Below are positions 20,049 to 31,500 of a stretch of 64,000 nt of DNA, piece by piece (the first letter of the stretch is position 1; each line of letters begins with the position of its first letter). Origin of the DNA: an uncultured Acidobacteriota bacterium (GTDB taxonomy: Bacteria; Acidobacteriota; Blastocatellia; RBC074); contig CAWCKY010000006.1 of NCBI GenBank assembly GCA_963796275.1, positions 1,408,001 through 1,472,000 of the forward strand, written 5' to 3'. A program made the position numbers and the translations under genes. The notes beneath the pieces are model-generated. The model had not been told where the DNA came from. It made no database searches and worked only from the letters and a program-made list of their open reading frames with translations.

Positions 20049-20092
20049 GGAAAAGGGTAGGATAGGCCTGATAAACTATCCCACCCTTTTCC
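20049..20092. repeat. GTAG-type hairpin abutting an RBS
   Basis: GGAAAAGGGTAGGATAG/CTATCCCACCCTTTTCC, 17 bp with one mismatch. Confidence 0.75.
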
Positions 20093-20105
20093 GGGAGGAG
20101 TTACT

Positions 20106-21068
20106 TTGATCCGTCTACGATTACGAACCGTTACTACATATCTCATTGCCACAGTTCTGCTGGCTCTCTTTATCGTCGTCCAAAGCGTTTCCGGGATTGG
20201 CGCGGGACTATCGACCCGGCCGGATAGTGCTCCAGAGACCGGCATCTTGCTGCTCGCGCACGGCGGCAAGCAGAATTGGAATGACGAGGTGAACAAGTTG
20301 GCCTCGCGCGTTAATAAGACTATCCCGGTTGAGGTGGCTTTCGGGATGGCATCAAGGCGCACGATGCAAGACGCGATTAACCGCCTGGCCAAGCGGCGCG
20401 TCCGCGAGATCGTGGCGGTACCACTCTTCATCTCATCGCACAGCTCGGTCATCACTTCCACCCAGTATCTGCTCGGCCTGCGCGACACGGCGCCGCCGGA
20501 ACTGGCGATCTATGCCCGGATGTCCCACTCACATTCGGCCGGCAGCGCAAACGATAACCACAACCATAGCGTTTCGACGGATGACCAAACCGCGCCCATC
20601 AAGTCAGCGGTGCCGATCCGTTGGAGCCCTGCTCTCGACAAGCACCCGATAGTCGCCGATATTTTGCTGGCGCGTTCTCTCTCCCTCAGTCGCGATCCGT
20701 CTAATGAGGTCGTGATAGTGGTCGCGCATGGCCCGGTGTCGGACCAAGACAATTTGAAATGGCTCGCTGATATGAAATATCTGGCCGAGCGGATGAGCGG
20801 CAAAAGCAAATTCAAACGCGTCGAGTATCTGACTGTAAGGGACGATGCGCCGCAGCCAGTGCGTGAGCAGGCGACTGCAGAATTACGCCGCACGGTTGAA
20901 GGAGCGGCTGGCGGCCGCGTATTGATCGTTCCGCTTCTGCTAGCCTATGGAGGCATTGAGGAGGGCATCAAGAAGCGCCTGGAAGGACTGGAATACACCA
21001 TGAGCTCACAGGCCCTCCTGCCGGACGAGCGGCTGGATCGCTGGGTGTTATCGTCGGTTGAGAAGTGA
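20106..21068 (+). CDS. Exported CbiX/SirB-like class II chelatase-fold protein with His-rich insert
   Basis: TTG after GGAGGAG; N-terminal hydrophobic helix; LLLAHGG and VVAHGP motifs, VAVPLFI, LIVPLLL; insert SHSHS...NHNHS. Confidence 0.75.
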   Translation: MIRLRLRTVTTYLIATVLLALFIVVQSVSGIGAGLSTRPDSAPETGILLLAHGGKQNWNDEVNKLASRVNKTIPVEVAFGMASRRTMQDAINRLAKRRVREIVAVPLFISSHSSVITSTQYLLGLRDTAPPELAIYARMSHSHSAGSANDNHNHSVSTDDQTAPIKSAVPIRWSPALDKHPIVADILLARSLSLSRDPSNEVVIVVAHGPVSDQDNLKWLADMKYLAERMSGKSKFKRVEYLTVRDDAPQPVREQATAELRRTVEGAAGGRVLIVPLLLAYGGIEEGIKKRLEGLEYTMSSQALLPDERLDRWVLSSVEK

Positions 21069-21200
21069 CTTCACCGTCTATTCGGGCGGATTATCCGGGG
21101 AAAAAATAACTCGTCCAAAAATCCAAATGAGCTCATTGCGCGCATTCGGCTTGCTCATCCACAAATTAATTGACATCCCATTTTCTCTTCGAGTAGTCTG

Positions 21201-21286
21201 GATTCACCACAAAAAATTAGGCAAAAAACACAAAAACACGAAAGGGTTGAATAATCCTTTGGTCATTTGTGAATTTGTGGTGAATC
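21201..21286. repeat. REP-like inverted repeat
   Basis: GATTCACCACAAA/TTTGTGGTGAATC perfect 13-bp IR. Confidence 0.75.
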
Positions 21287-21308
21287 TTCCTCTCTCGGAA
21301 CCAATTGG

Positions 21309-23127
21309 ATGTCGGAAACACAAGAGAAAAACAACAATGGCATCGCCCTGCTCGCCATCTGCTCGCTGGTTTTCTTCCTCATCGGCGTTATCAGCCCGCC
21401 CTTCCTGATGGACGATGTAGATTCGGTCACCGCACAGATATCACGAAATATGATCGAGTCTGGTGATTGGGTCACCGCTCGATTGAATGGGATCGTCTAT
21501 CTCGAAAAACCCGGACTCAGGTTTTGGGTCGTAGCCGTCTCATACCTGATATTTGGAGTCAATGACTGGGCGGCCCGCATACCGATGGCTCTCTCCGCGG
21601 TCGCTCTCTGCTGGCTGGTCCGATCCATCGGCATCTGGGCCTTTTCCTCAGGTCAAGCCAAGGATTCGCGCGCCGGCGATTTGGCAGGCATCGTCCTCGC
21701 GACGTGCGCCGGCCTCTTCCTTTTCACGCGCATCCTGATCCCGGACATCATCCTGACGCTGACGACGACTCTGGCGATGTGGTCTCTGCTGCGCGCGCTC
21801 GATCCGGAGGAGGAGAGATGGCGAATCTGGTCATCGCTCTTCGCCGTCGCCATGGGCCTGGGATTTATGCTCAAAGGTCTGATCGCTTTCGTTTTTCCGG
21901 TTGGAGCGGGGCTCGCCTACCTTCTGCTCACCAGACAACTCTTATCAAGAAAGACGTGGCAACGGATTCGGCCGTTCACCGGCATCTCGATCATTTTGCT
22001 TATCTGCCTGCCATGGCTGATCCTCGCCATTTTGCGCAACCCTCCCTACTTCGATTTCACGATGAAGAGTGAAGCGGGCCAGTATCGCGGTTTCTTCTGG
22101 TACTTTTTTTTGAATGAGCACCTCTTTCGCTACCTCAATATGCGATACCCGCGCGATTACAACACTGTGCCGCGCGCAGCATTCTGGCTCTATCATCTCG
22201 TCTGGCTTTTTCCGTGGAGCGTCTGGCTGGGTTTCGTCGCCCGGCTCAACTTCAAACCGGTAGACCGTGCCGGCAGGATGCGGTTGTTCTGCCTGTGCTG
22301 GATCGGGTTTACTCTCCTCTTTTTCACCTTCTCCACCACGCAGGAGTATTACTCCATGCCATGCTACCCGGCATTTGCATTGTTGCTCGGGTCGGCAATG
22401 ACGTTGAATGACCGTAGATTCAAATGGGCGACGATGACGGCAGGTGCCCTCGCATTTATCGCGGCCGCAGCCTGCGCCGTCATCCTCTGGCTGACGCGCG
22501 ATATCGCCGCAACTGGTGATATCGCCAACACACTCAACAATTCTATTTCAACGCTTTCGCTAGGCAAGGCTGAAGATTCTCACGCTGATGTCGTTCGCCT
22601 GGATGCGCCTTCCCCTCGTTGCAGCCCTGGGCGCTTTTCTCATCGGAGCTGTGGGCGCCTGGATGAAAGGGGGGCGTCATGCGATTATCGCGCTCGCGCT
22701 GATGATGCTTATATTTTTCAGCGCCGCGCGGCTGGCGATGATCACGCTCAACCCATATTTCAGTTCGAAGCTTCTGGCCGAGGCTCTCGCAGCGGCGCCG
22801 CCCGGTGAATTGATAGTTGACGACCAGTATTATCATTTCTCTTCCGTTTTCTTCTATGCCAACCGGCGCGCGCTACTGCTCAACGGGAGAGTGATGAACC
22901 TCGAATACGGTTCATACGCGCCCGGCGCCCCGCAGGTCTTCATCACCGATCGGGACCTGCCAGCGCTCTGGGCCAAGCCGGAGCGGTATTACCTGGTCGC
23001 CGGCGGTTCTGCAATCCCCCGTTTGAAGGCTTTGCTGGGAAGCTCGAATCTGCATGTCGTGCGTGCTGCCGGGGGCAAATTTCTGCTGACCAATCAGATT
23101 AACCTGAGCGGCGCTTTAACCAGATAG
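21309..23127 (+). CDS. ArnT/PMT-family (GT-C) glycosyltransferase; +1 frameshift near 22578
   Basis: [35 protein letters not shown]; joins 22588-23127 by removing one T in GAAGATTCTC. Confidence 0.85.
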
Positions 23128-24296
23128 TGAATCTCGCTTACTACTTGCTGATCGGAATCCTGGCGATACTCGCAACAGGCGGTATCGCGTACTACCTCAT
23201 CGCCATCTATTGCGCGTATCGGCTCGGCCACAGGCGTGTTCCCGACCACCAGAGCCTGTCGAATGAATCCCCCCCCATGAGCCTGCTCAAACCGCTGCAC
23301 GGTGCCGAGCCTGAGCTTGAGCGATGTCTTGAGAGCTTTTTCGTTCAGGACTATTCGGACTATGAGATACTCTTCGCCGTCAGACACGGTGACGATCCGG
23401 CGGTCGATGTCGTCAATCGATTGAGCGCGCGTTACCCTCACATTCCCACTAAAATGATCCTTACCGGAGAACCGCCTTACGCAAACGCCAAGGTTTATAG
23501 TCTTAAGAAGATGGCTGAGGCGGCTCGCCATCGAATCCTGGTCGTCACCGATAGCGATGCTTCGGTTGCGCCCGATTATCTTCAATCGATGGCGCGGGAG
23601 TTCGCTTCTCCGCAGGTCGGCGCAGTCACCAACCTTTATCGTGGAGTCAGCGGGCGCGATCTGTGGTCGAAGATGGAAGCGCTCGGCATGACGACGGAGT
23701 TCATGGCCGGCGTGGTAGTGGCCGAACGGCTAGAGGGAATGAAGTTTACGCTCGGCCCATCGATGGCGATCCGCTCCGAATGCCTGGATGCCATCGGTGG
23801 ATTCTCTGCGATGAAAGATTATCTCGCTGACGATTTCGTCCTCGGCCATTGGGCGGATCGGGCCGGCTGGCGTGTCGCCCTATCGAATCATGTCATCAAC
23901 CATCACGCCTCGAATGAGGGATTCAGCCGGACCTTCATTCACCGACTTCGTTGGAACCGCAGCTCGCGCTTTTCGCGTCCGTCTGGTTATTTCGGTCAGG
24001 GATTCACATACGGAATGGTCTGGGCATCGTTGCTGGTCTTGCTCTCTCCGGCCTGGTGGTTTTTGTTGTTGTCGGTGATCATTCTCCGCTTTTTGCTGGC
24101 AATCCAGGTGGGCGTTTATTTGCTGAAGGATCATGCGATTTGGCGTAGTCTCTGGCTGATCCCCTTGCAGGATGTTTTCAGCTTCGCCAGCTGGATTGGA
24201 GGTTTTCTCGGCAGAGAGATCGTCTGGCGCAGCGAACGGTATCGCCTGTTGTCGGGCGGACGCTTCAAAAAGATTGCCAAAACAAATTATTCCTGA
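23127..24296 (+). CDS. hpnI: HpnI/ceramide glucosyltransferase-like GT2 (hopanoid-associated)
   Basis: [38 protein letters not shown]. Confidence 0.8.
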   Translation: MNLAYYLLIGILAILATGGIAYYLIAIYCAYRLGHRRVPDHQSLSNESPPMSLLKPLHGAEPELERCLESFFVQDYSDYEILFAVRHGDDPAVDVVNRLSARYPHIPTKMILTGEPPYANAKVYSLKKMAEAARHRILVVTDSDASVAPDYLQSMAREFASPQVGAVTNLYRGVSGRDLWSKMEALGMTTEFMAGVVVAERLEGMKFTLGPSMAIRSECLDAIGGFSAMKDYLADDFVLGHWADRAGWRVALSNHVINHHASNEGFSRTFIHRLRWNRSSRFSRPSGYFGQGFTYGMVWASLLVLLSPAWWFLLLSVIILRFLLAIQVGVYLLKDHAIWRSLWLIPLQDVFSFASWIGGFLGREIVWRSERYRLLSGGRFKKIAKTNYS

Positions 24297-24988
24297 CAGC
24301 TTTTCCATGGATGTGGTTAAGTGCAGTTATATTTCCGGCTTTATCTTTAAGCTTTATCCATAATACAGATTAACTCACTCGGTAATTAAGCAGTAACAAA
24401 ACAATTCGTATCTCGGGCAGACGGTCTGCTGAGTCGTACATGTCCAGGCGCTCCTGACTCTCTTCCTGCGTATTTCCGCAGATAAATTCTGATTTGCTTT
24501 GTGCAGCCAACATTCTCCCCGTATCTCTACCGGGGGTAAGGTAAGTCATATTTGAGCGAAACATAAGGTATATATCCCCGGATATAGCCTTTTATCTACC
24601 TTAAGAATCGAAATAATCACAACCTGCGATGAATTGACCATGGAGGTTCTGATGGTATGGTAGAGCTGCGTAAGAGCGTGTTTCAAATGTTTCTCGGAAG
24701 CCCTGAAAGAGTACAAGAAAATAGCCAGGGCTGAGCGAAGTGTAGCTGCCGGTAACTTCGATGTGAGTCGCAAAGCTCTGTTAAGGGATCGATGTCAGTT
24801 TATTATTGCGCGCATAATTTTAGGGCGACAGTTTCATTACCTTACGCCAAGTAAGCAGTCTGTCTGTGTAAGTACCTATTACTTTCGACCACCCTCCAAA
24901 ACGCTTGGTGGTTACTATGGCCGAAGCAAACCAAGTAGCTCTCCATTTCCGGCGCCCTCACCGGTAGCCGAGAAAGGAAAATAGAAAG

Positions 24989-26653
24989 ATGAATAGAAGA
25001 AAAACTCTCCAAATTCTGGTGGTCTGCTCCCTTTTGGGGTCAGCAGCATTCTGGTCGGCATCATCGTCGGCTCAATTGCCTGACCGGACGCGAAACCCCA
25101 ACGCAGCGAATGCTGGAATTGCCAAATCATTCGAGCAACAGATTGGCGCAGGAGCAGGCGACACCATGACCCCCAACACCTCGAGGTTCATCATCGCACG
25201 CGATCCGTTTCGTGCAATCCGTCGGGGACGCCAGATATTCCAGCGGAAATTCACACGGGATCAAGGCCAGGGCCCACTGACGGGCGATGGCGACGGTAAA
25301 ACCGATATTGAGACCGATATCATTATTGGCGCCGGCCTGGCTGACAGTTGCGCCGCCTGCCATGGCCGGCCGAAAGGATCTGCCGGTTCGGGTGGCGACG
25401 TCGTAACAAGACCCGACAGTCGCGACGCGCCGCACCTGTTCGGTCTGGGGTTGAAGGAGATGCTGGCCGATGAGATTACGGGCGAACTGCGAGCCATTCG
25501 CGCCCAGGCGATCAATCAGGCGAGGGCTCAAAGAAGGAACGTAACCCTGGCCCTGACGACGAGCGCAGGTAAGGGAAGTATCAGTTATGGCTCGATCACG
25601 GCGCGGCCTAATGGGACCGTGGACACATCGCAGGTCGACGGCGTCAATCCGGACCTTCGCGTCAGACCATTTTTCTTACACGGCGAGACAATCTCGATGC
25701 GCGAATTCATCGTCGGCGCGTTCAACGCCGAGATGGGGCTTGAGGCACCTGACACGGAACTGCGTGCCGCCAGTCTCGGGGCGCGGTTCGTCACGCCGAG
25801 TGGGATGGTGCTTGACGGGGGAGCCGACACAATCGAAACGCCGCCGGTCATCAACGTACTTCATGACTCGGATAATGATGGGGTCGTCAATGAGATCCCA
25901 ACCAGCATCGTCGATTTCATGGAGTTTTACCTCCTCCACTATTTTAAGGCGGGGTTGGGCGAAAACTCTCCCGAACAGATCCAACCGGGCACGGGTTTTC
26001 CGGCTCCTACTACCGGGGAAGCCGCCGATGGTCTGAACCAGTTCAGAGCCATCGGATGCACCTCGTGCCATATACAGAACCTGACGATCAACCGAGATCG
26101 CCGGGTCGCCGATTTGGATACGAGATTCGATCCCTTCCGTGGTAATCCACTCAATAATTTTTTTGCGTTGGCGACGGCCTTCTTCACCCCGGTTAATGAC
26201 GGCAGCAGCCATCCGGCGATCAAGCGACCCAATTTCGGCAGCTTCGTCGTACGGAATATTTTCACCGACTTCAAGCGTCATGACCTCGGCCCGAACTTCC
26301 ATGAAATAAATTTCGACGCCACGATCCGGACAGAATTCCTGACCACATCGTTGTGGGGCGTTGGCAGTACAGGTCCTTACGGACACGACGGACGGAGCAT
26401 GACGCTCAAAGATGTGATCTTGCGTCACGGAGGTGAGGCACAGCTGGCGCGCAATAGATTCGCCAATGCCGGAGTCGGGGCGCAACGGAATATCATCACT
26501 TTTCTCAACACGCTTATCATTTTCCCCCCTGACGATACGGCCTCGAACCTGCCTGGAGGCGCAGCAATTCCAACAACGACAGGGTATCCGCAGTTCGGCC
26601 ATGGCAGCATAAGGCTGGTCGGGCTATTCAACGATCCAAACGACATTGAATAG
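24989..26653 (+). CDS. Secreted di-heme c oxidoreductase-family protein (thiol oxidoreductase/DUF1111-like)
   Basis: Signal peptide; CAACH and CTSCH; RDAPHLFGLG, FTDFKRHDLG, LWGVGSTGPYGHDGR, ILRHGGEA. Confidence 0.85.
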   Translation: MNRRKTLQILVVCSLLGSAAFWSASSSAQLPDRTRNPNAANAGIAKSFEQQIGAGAGDTMTPNTSRFIIARDPFRAIRRGRQIFQRKFTRDQGQGPLTGDGDGKTDIETDIIIGAGLADSCAACHGRPKGSAGSGGDVVTRPDSRDAPHLFGLGLKEMLADEITGELRAIRAQAINQARAQRRNVTLALTTSAGKGSISYGSITARPNGTVDTSQVDGVNPDLRVRPFFLHGETISMREFIVGAFNAEMGLEAPDTELRAASLGARFVTPSGMVLDGGADTIETPPVINVLHDSDNDGVVNEIPTSIVDFMEFYLLHYFKAGLGENSPEQIQPGTGFPAPTTGEAADGLNQFRAIGCTSCHIQNLTINRDRRVADLDTRFDPFRGNPLNNFFALATAFFTPVNDGSSHPAIKRPNFGSFVVRNIFTDFKRHDLGPNFHEINFDATIRTEFLTTSLWGVGSTGPYGHDGRSMTLKDVILRHGGEAQLARNRFANAGVGAQRNIITFLNTLIIFPPDDTASNLPGGAAIPTTTGYPQFGHGSIRLVGLFNDPNDIE

Positions 26654-26669
26654 GGCTCATTATAAAAAT

Positions 26670-26722
26670 TGGGTAGGACACGGCACCAACCCGTCAGACA
26701 CGGTACCAACACGTCCTACCCA
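26670..26722. repeat. GTAG-type IR enclosing a 20-bp direct repeat
   Basis: TGGGTAGGAC/GTCCTACCCA; GACACGG(C/T)ACCAAC(C/A)CGTC at 26677 and 26697. Confidence 0.8.
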
Positions 26723-26744
26723 TTTTCCTTAAGCAGTTCAACCT

Positions 26745-26845
26745 ATTACATTTTACATTTGTGATTTTACATCTGTCATTTTACATCTGTCGTTTGTCCA
26801 TTGACGGAACCGCGGCGCTAGCAAGAAATGACAAATGTAAAATGT
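26745..26845. repeat. Heptamer-built REP-like hairpin related to 7180-7265
   Basis: TTTTACATTTGT/TTTTACATCTGTC units on the left, ATGACAAATGTAAAATGT on the right. Confidence 0.75.
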
Positions 26846-28420
26846 TTAGGCTTTCGGAACGAGCTTCGCCTTCAACATCGTGTACGAGTGCGGCGGAAAA
26901 CGGTATCGCAGCTTATTCCCCTCGGCATTCGCTGAGCGCGTGACCGTCTGCACCTTCGTCGATCCGAAGTCATTCTCAGCCTTTATGTCAGGACCGTTGA
27001 CTTCTCCCACCTCGACTGGTCCGGCAAATTGATAATCTTGTGCCTCGAATTCCGTCTCGATCGGTTGGTCGCGGTGGCGGTTCACCACGTTCATCACCAG
27101 CGTGCTCTGGTCGTATCCCGCAGAGACGTCGAGATACGGCACCTGCCCGAACCGCTTGCTCTCAAATTTCGGGCTCTCTACAAACAACTCCAGCGCCTTA
27201 CCTTTGGTGTTGTTCGCGAAGAGCTGCAGCGGATAATAGATGGTCTGCAGGAACATCCCTTTTTCGTTGGTGAACATCGGCGCGATGACGTTGACCAGTT
27301 GCGCCATATTGGCCATTTTGATGATGTGGGCGTTATTGACGAACGTGTTGAGGAACGTAGCCACGACCAATGCATCTTCCAGGTTGTATCGCTCTTCCAG
27401 GATGCGGCGTCCCCGCTGCTGAGCACCGCGGGCGCGATACCAGACATTCCACTCGTCCCACGCGATGTGTATGCGGCGGTTGCGCGGCTCGCTCGACATG
27501 GCCGCGTTGATCACGCCTTCAGTCGTCTTGATCCGTTCGTTCAGTTCCACCGAATTGGTAAGGAAATCGTAGTAATCGTTTTCGCGGTTGCCGACGTACA
27601 TGTGGATCGCCAGGTAGTCGATGTGGCGCTTCAGATGTTCCAGGATAGTGCGGTTCCAGCCGATCCAGTCGATCCCCTGGGCGAAATGAGATGATCCCGC
27701 GGCGATCATCTTGATGTTTGGGTCTGTCCATCTCATGAGCTTGGCCGCTTCGAGCGCGAACTTGCCGTAGTCCTCGGCGCTGCGGTGGCCCATCTGCCAC
27801 GGCCCGTCCATCTCGTTGCCGAGCCCCCAATAAGTAACCTTCCACGGATCCTGGCGCCCGTTCTGCTTACGCAGCCGCGTCATAGCTGTATCCTGGGATG
27901 AGTTGACATACTCCACCCACTGCTGCGCATCGGTCCAGCTGCCGGTCCCGAGGTTGACGCAGACGTAAGGCTCGGTGCCCACCATATCGGCGTACTGGAG
28001 GAACTCGTGAGTGCCGAAGCGATTGGTCTCGACCGTGCCCCAGGCCATCTCAAGGCGGCGCGGCCGCTGGTCCCGTGGTCCGATACCGTCTTTCCAATGG
28101 TAATTGGAAACGAAGTTACCTCCCGGCCATCGCAGGATAGTGACGTTCAACTTTTTGGTCGCGTCCAGGACGTCGCGCCGGAAGCCGTTGGAGTCGGAAA
28201 GCGACGAACCCTCCTCGAATACGCCGCCGTCGATGCAGCGGCCGAGGTGCTCGATGAAATTACCATAGATCTTGGGATCGATATCCCCGATTACTCGCTC
28301 AGTGTCGATCTTGACCCGCGCGCGAAGCGGGCCCTGCTGCGCGCGGACGGCGAAAGGCACGGCGATCAATGCAGTGGTGAAATCGCGTCGGGATAAACAC
28401 GCCATATTTTTTAAAGCCAT
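26846..28420 (-). CDS. abfA: Alpha-L-arabinofuranosidase, GH51, Tat-exported
   Basis: SRRDF Tat motif; YGNFIEHLGR, RWPGGNF, WGLGNEMDGPWQ, DEWNVW, AQLVNVIAP. Confidence 0.93.
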   Translation of the reverse strand: MALKNMACLSRRDFTTALIAVPFAVRAQQGPLRARVKIDTERVIGDIDPKIYGNFIEHLGRCIDGGVFEEGSSLSDSNGFRRDVLDATKKLNVTILRWPGGNFVSNYHWKDGIGPRDQRPRRLEMAWGTVETNRFGTHEFLQYADMVGTEPYVCVNLGTGSWTDAQQWVEYVNSSQDTAMTRLRKQNGRQDPWKVTYWGLGNEMDGPWQMGHRSAEDYGKFALEAAKLMRWTDPNIKMIAAGSSHFAQGIDWIGWNRTILEHLKRHIDYLAIHMYVGNRENDYYDFLTNSVELNERIKTTEGVINAAMSSEPRNRRIHIAWDEWNVWYRARGAQQRGRRILEERYNLEDALVVATFLNTFVNNAHIIKMANMAQLVNVIAPMFTNEKGMFLQTIYYPLQLFANNTKGKALELFVESPKFESKRFGQVPYLDVSAGYDQSTLVMNVVNRHRDQPIETEFEAQDYQFAGPVEVGEVNGPDIKAENDFGSTKVQTVTRSANAEGNKLRYRFPPHSYTMLKAKLVPKA

Positions 28421-28537
28421 CTCTCGAATTCCTCCTAAAAAAATAGACAGGAATTACAAGATTGATCAGGATTTGAATTTGGTTAAATCTCGAACAATCT
28501 CGTGCATCCTGTCTTGATTTTTATCGATTCGGGTTTT

Positions 28538-31500
28538 CTACCAGTAAATCTTCACTCCAAGCTGAATAATTCGCGGATCACGCGCGCCATTGTACTCGCC
28601 AAAAAATGTGCCGAGCGGGCGACTTGCATCATTTGCACGTTGGCCTCGGATATTGTCACTGATTATCGCCCTACCGTATTGGGCGAAAATGTCATTACCG
28701 GTAAGGAAGCCGCCATTGGCTTGCAGTACAGCGAGGTTTGTGCCCGCATTGATGCCGGAGAATTGCGTCTGATTGAAGACATTGAACGCTTCCACGCGAA
28801 GCTGAATCGTACGGTTACTATCAGGATTACCAAGCGGAATATTCTTGAATATCGACAGGTCGGTATTGTTTATTCCAGGATTCCTGAGATAGGTGCGTTC
28901 ACCTTGGCCGAGGCTGCCAAGCTCGGGAATGATGTATGCATCCGGGTTGATCAACAGGCCATTAGTCCCTTTAGTCGGATCGCCCTTGAGTCTATAACGT
29001 GCAGGTTCAGTCCATGAGCCGGTGATCCGCTGGTTGGCATTACTGCCTGTTAGCCCTACTCCTGGTTCGAATGGATTTCCGGTGATCAGCGAAGTTATGC
29101 CTGAAATCTGCCACCCGTTGAGAAGGCCGCGTGTCAGCCCGTTGTTGCCCAGACGGTTTCCCAATTTCGGCAATTCATAGACGTAGGTCGCGACGAAAGC
29201 GTGCGTGCGGTCGAATCCCAGTAACCGGTAATCGTAGACGCGCGTGTTGTACGGATTGACGAAATCGAAATCACCGGCATTCGTCCCGAGCGCCTTTGAA
29301 AGGGTATAAGCCATGCTGAAGGTGAACCCTCTCGTGAAGCGACGATTAACCGCAACCTGGAGGGAGTTGAAATTCGATGAGCTGGTGTTTTCACGGAAGT
29401 TGATCGTTGCGATTCCCGGGTAGGGCTTGATCAGGTTGTCAGGCAGCGCTTTCGAACCATCGAATTTCAGACCTGCATCTTTATAGGCTTGAGGGATAGT
29501 GACATCCACATCCGGAACTACACCGTCGGGGAACCGGGTCGGGTCCTGGGCGGCCCTGGTGAAGAGATATCCGAACGGGATCGCATTCAGGTTACGTTGT
29601 TGAAACAGGTGACTGGAGAAGGTACCGACATATGCGACATCCACCACGGTATTGAAGCCGATATCGCGCTGGATGCTAAGGCTCATACTGTATATTGTCG
29701 GGAGTTTCCCTTCTCTTGCGTATCCGAACACATTTGACGGTGCGATCAATCCAGTCTGTCCAGGCGTGAGGTCTGCGAGACGGCCGAAAAGCAGCTGTGG
29801 CTGGAGCACGACTGGCGGATTCGCAATCTGATCGAAGGCTACATTCCCCTGCACCCGATCGTATGAGATTCCGGCGCCACCACGAATGATAGTCTTACCA
29901 TCGCCAGTCAAATCATAGGCGAATCCAAACCGAGGTCCCCATTGTATACCTCGGTTATCGAATCCGCCGCGCGGATAGCCCTCGCTAGCCAGACCCATAC
30001 CGTTGGCAATGTCTCCGGTTCCCGGGACAAATGCAGCAATGTAGTTCGACGGAAATGTATTGTCCGGCGTTGGCGTAACGCCAGCGGCAACCAATGCCGG
30101 ATCCATCGCGCGCCGATTGGCGCCACTTGGACAAGGGGGAGCGCCGAAACATACTGGGACATAAAGCCTCGAGGCTTTCGACGGATCGTACTCGGTAGGA
30201 TTGAATACCCCCGTCTGAAGCAGAACATCGTACTGCGGCTCATACCAGGATAGGCGCAAGCCATAATCGAGCGTCAGTTTGCGGGTTGCCTTCCAGTTGT
30301 CCTGAATGTATCCCTCGATGTTCCAGTATCGGTAAAGTCCTTTCGGAAAGTTGTTCGCTTGTGTGTAAGTGTTATAGACGCCAAGCAAAGCATTCGAATA
30401 GGGATGGCCTGTATTGAGCGGATTGTTGGGGTTGTTATCGAAGTTAATGTCCCCATCGGTGCGCGCAAAGACAGTCTGATCCTTGCGGCTGCGCTGGGCG
30501 TAGAAGCCCGTCTTGAGCGTGTGTGAACCGACGATCTTTGAAACGTTGTCAATAAAGTTGAATGTATGGTTCTGGTTGATGAACGGCAGCCCATTGTAAT
30601 TAGTGAATGGGAAGGTCTGGTTGGCAATCCCCCCATATCGGAAATTCGGAACGTACCCTGCTCCAATATTCGGAAACAGCTTAGGGACATTGATATTGTT
30701 GGTGCTTGCCAGAGCCCGATCATCGGCGGGACGCAGATCAATGAAGTTGCTGCTCGGACCGAAGATGAACTCGTTAGTGAGCGTTGGACTGAATGTATGC
30801 GTCAAAGTCAACACCCCATTTCGCCCGGGGCGCGGAAATGAGGTAGGTGCTAGAGGGAAATTCAGATCGCTGGCGAAATCGCCGTAGGCCAGTAACCGCT
30901 GCTCTTTATTATTGGTATAACGGCCTGTCAGGCGAGTGCGCTCTGAAATATTCCAGTCAACGCGCAGAATGTCTTCACGACGCGGGTATTGTGTCGAGAT
31001 CGAGGATGTGTAGTTAAAGTCGTTGCGACCAGCAACATTCGGCAACGGGTAGAAATTCAGGATAGCACTCCCACCGGGAAATCTATTAAGGTCTTCAGCT
31101 GGAATTATATTTCCGGGGTATGGTTGGCGCGTAAATGGGCTTATTATCGTAATGGGATTGCCATTGCCATCGACTGTCTGCGAGAAATTGCCATTTCGTT
31201 CCGCCTCTGTCGGTATGCGGATATTACGCGCTCCCACCGGCGCGAGTTGCTCGTACCATTCCTGATTCCAATAAAAGAAGAGCTTGTCCTTATTCTTATT
31301 GAACCCGCCCAATGGCCCGAATACCTTTTGCGGCAGATAGATCGGCCCGCCGATTTCATAGCCTACGTTGTTGTAACGATAGAGATTGCGCGGTTGGATC
31401 TCGACGCCATTCGCATCTCTTCCCTGAGCATTGCGGAAATAGTTGTTCGCATTCAGGCCTTCATGCCGATGAAAGTAACGCGCGCCGCCGTGGAATTCGC

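Noticed and set aside
26670-26845. CRISPR array
   Set aside because: Only two 19-bp copies with no spacer, plus heptamer repeats; no cas genes in the window.
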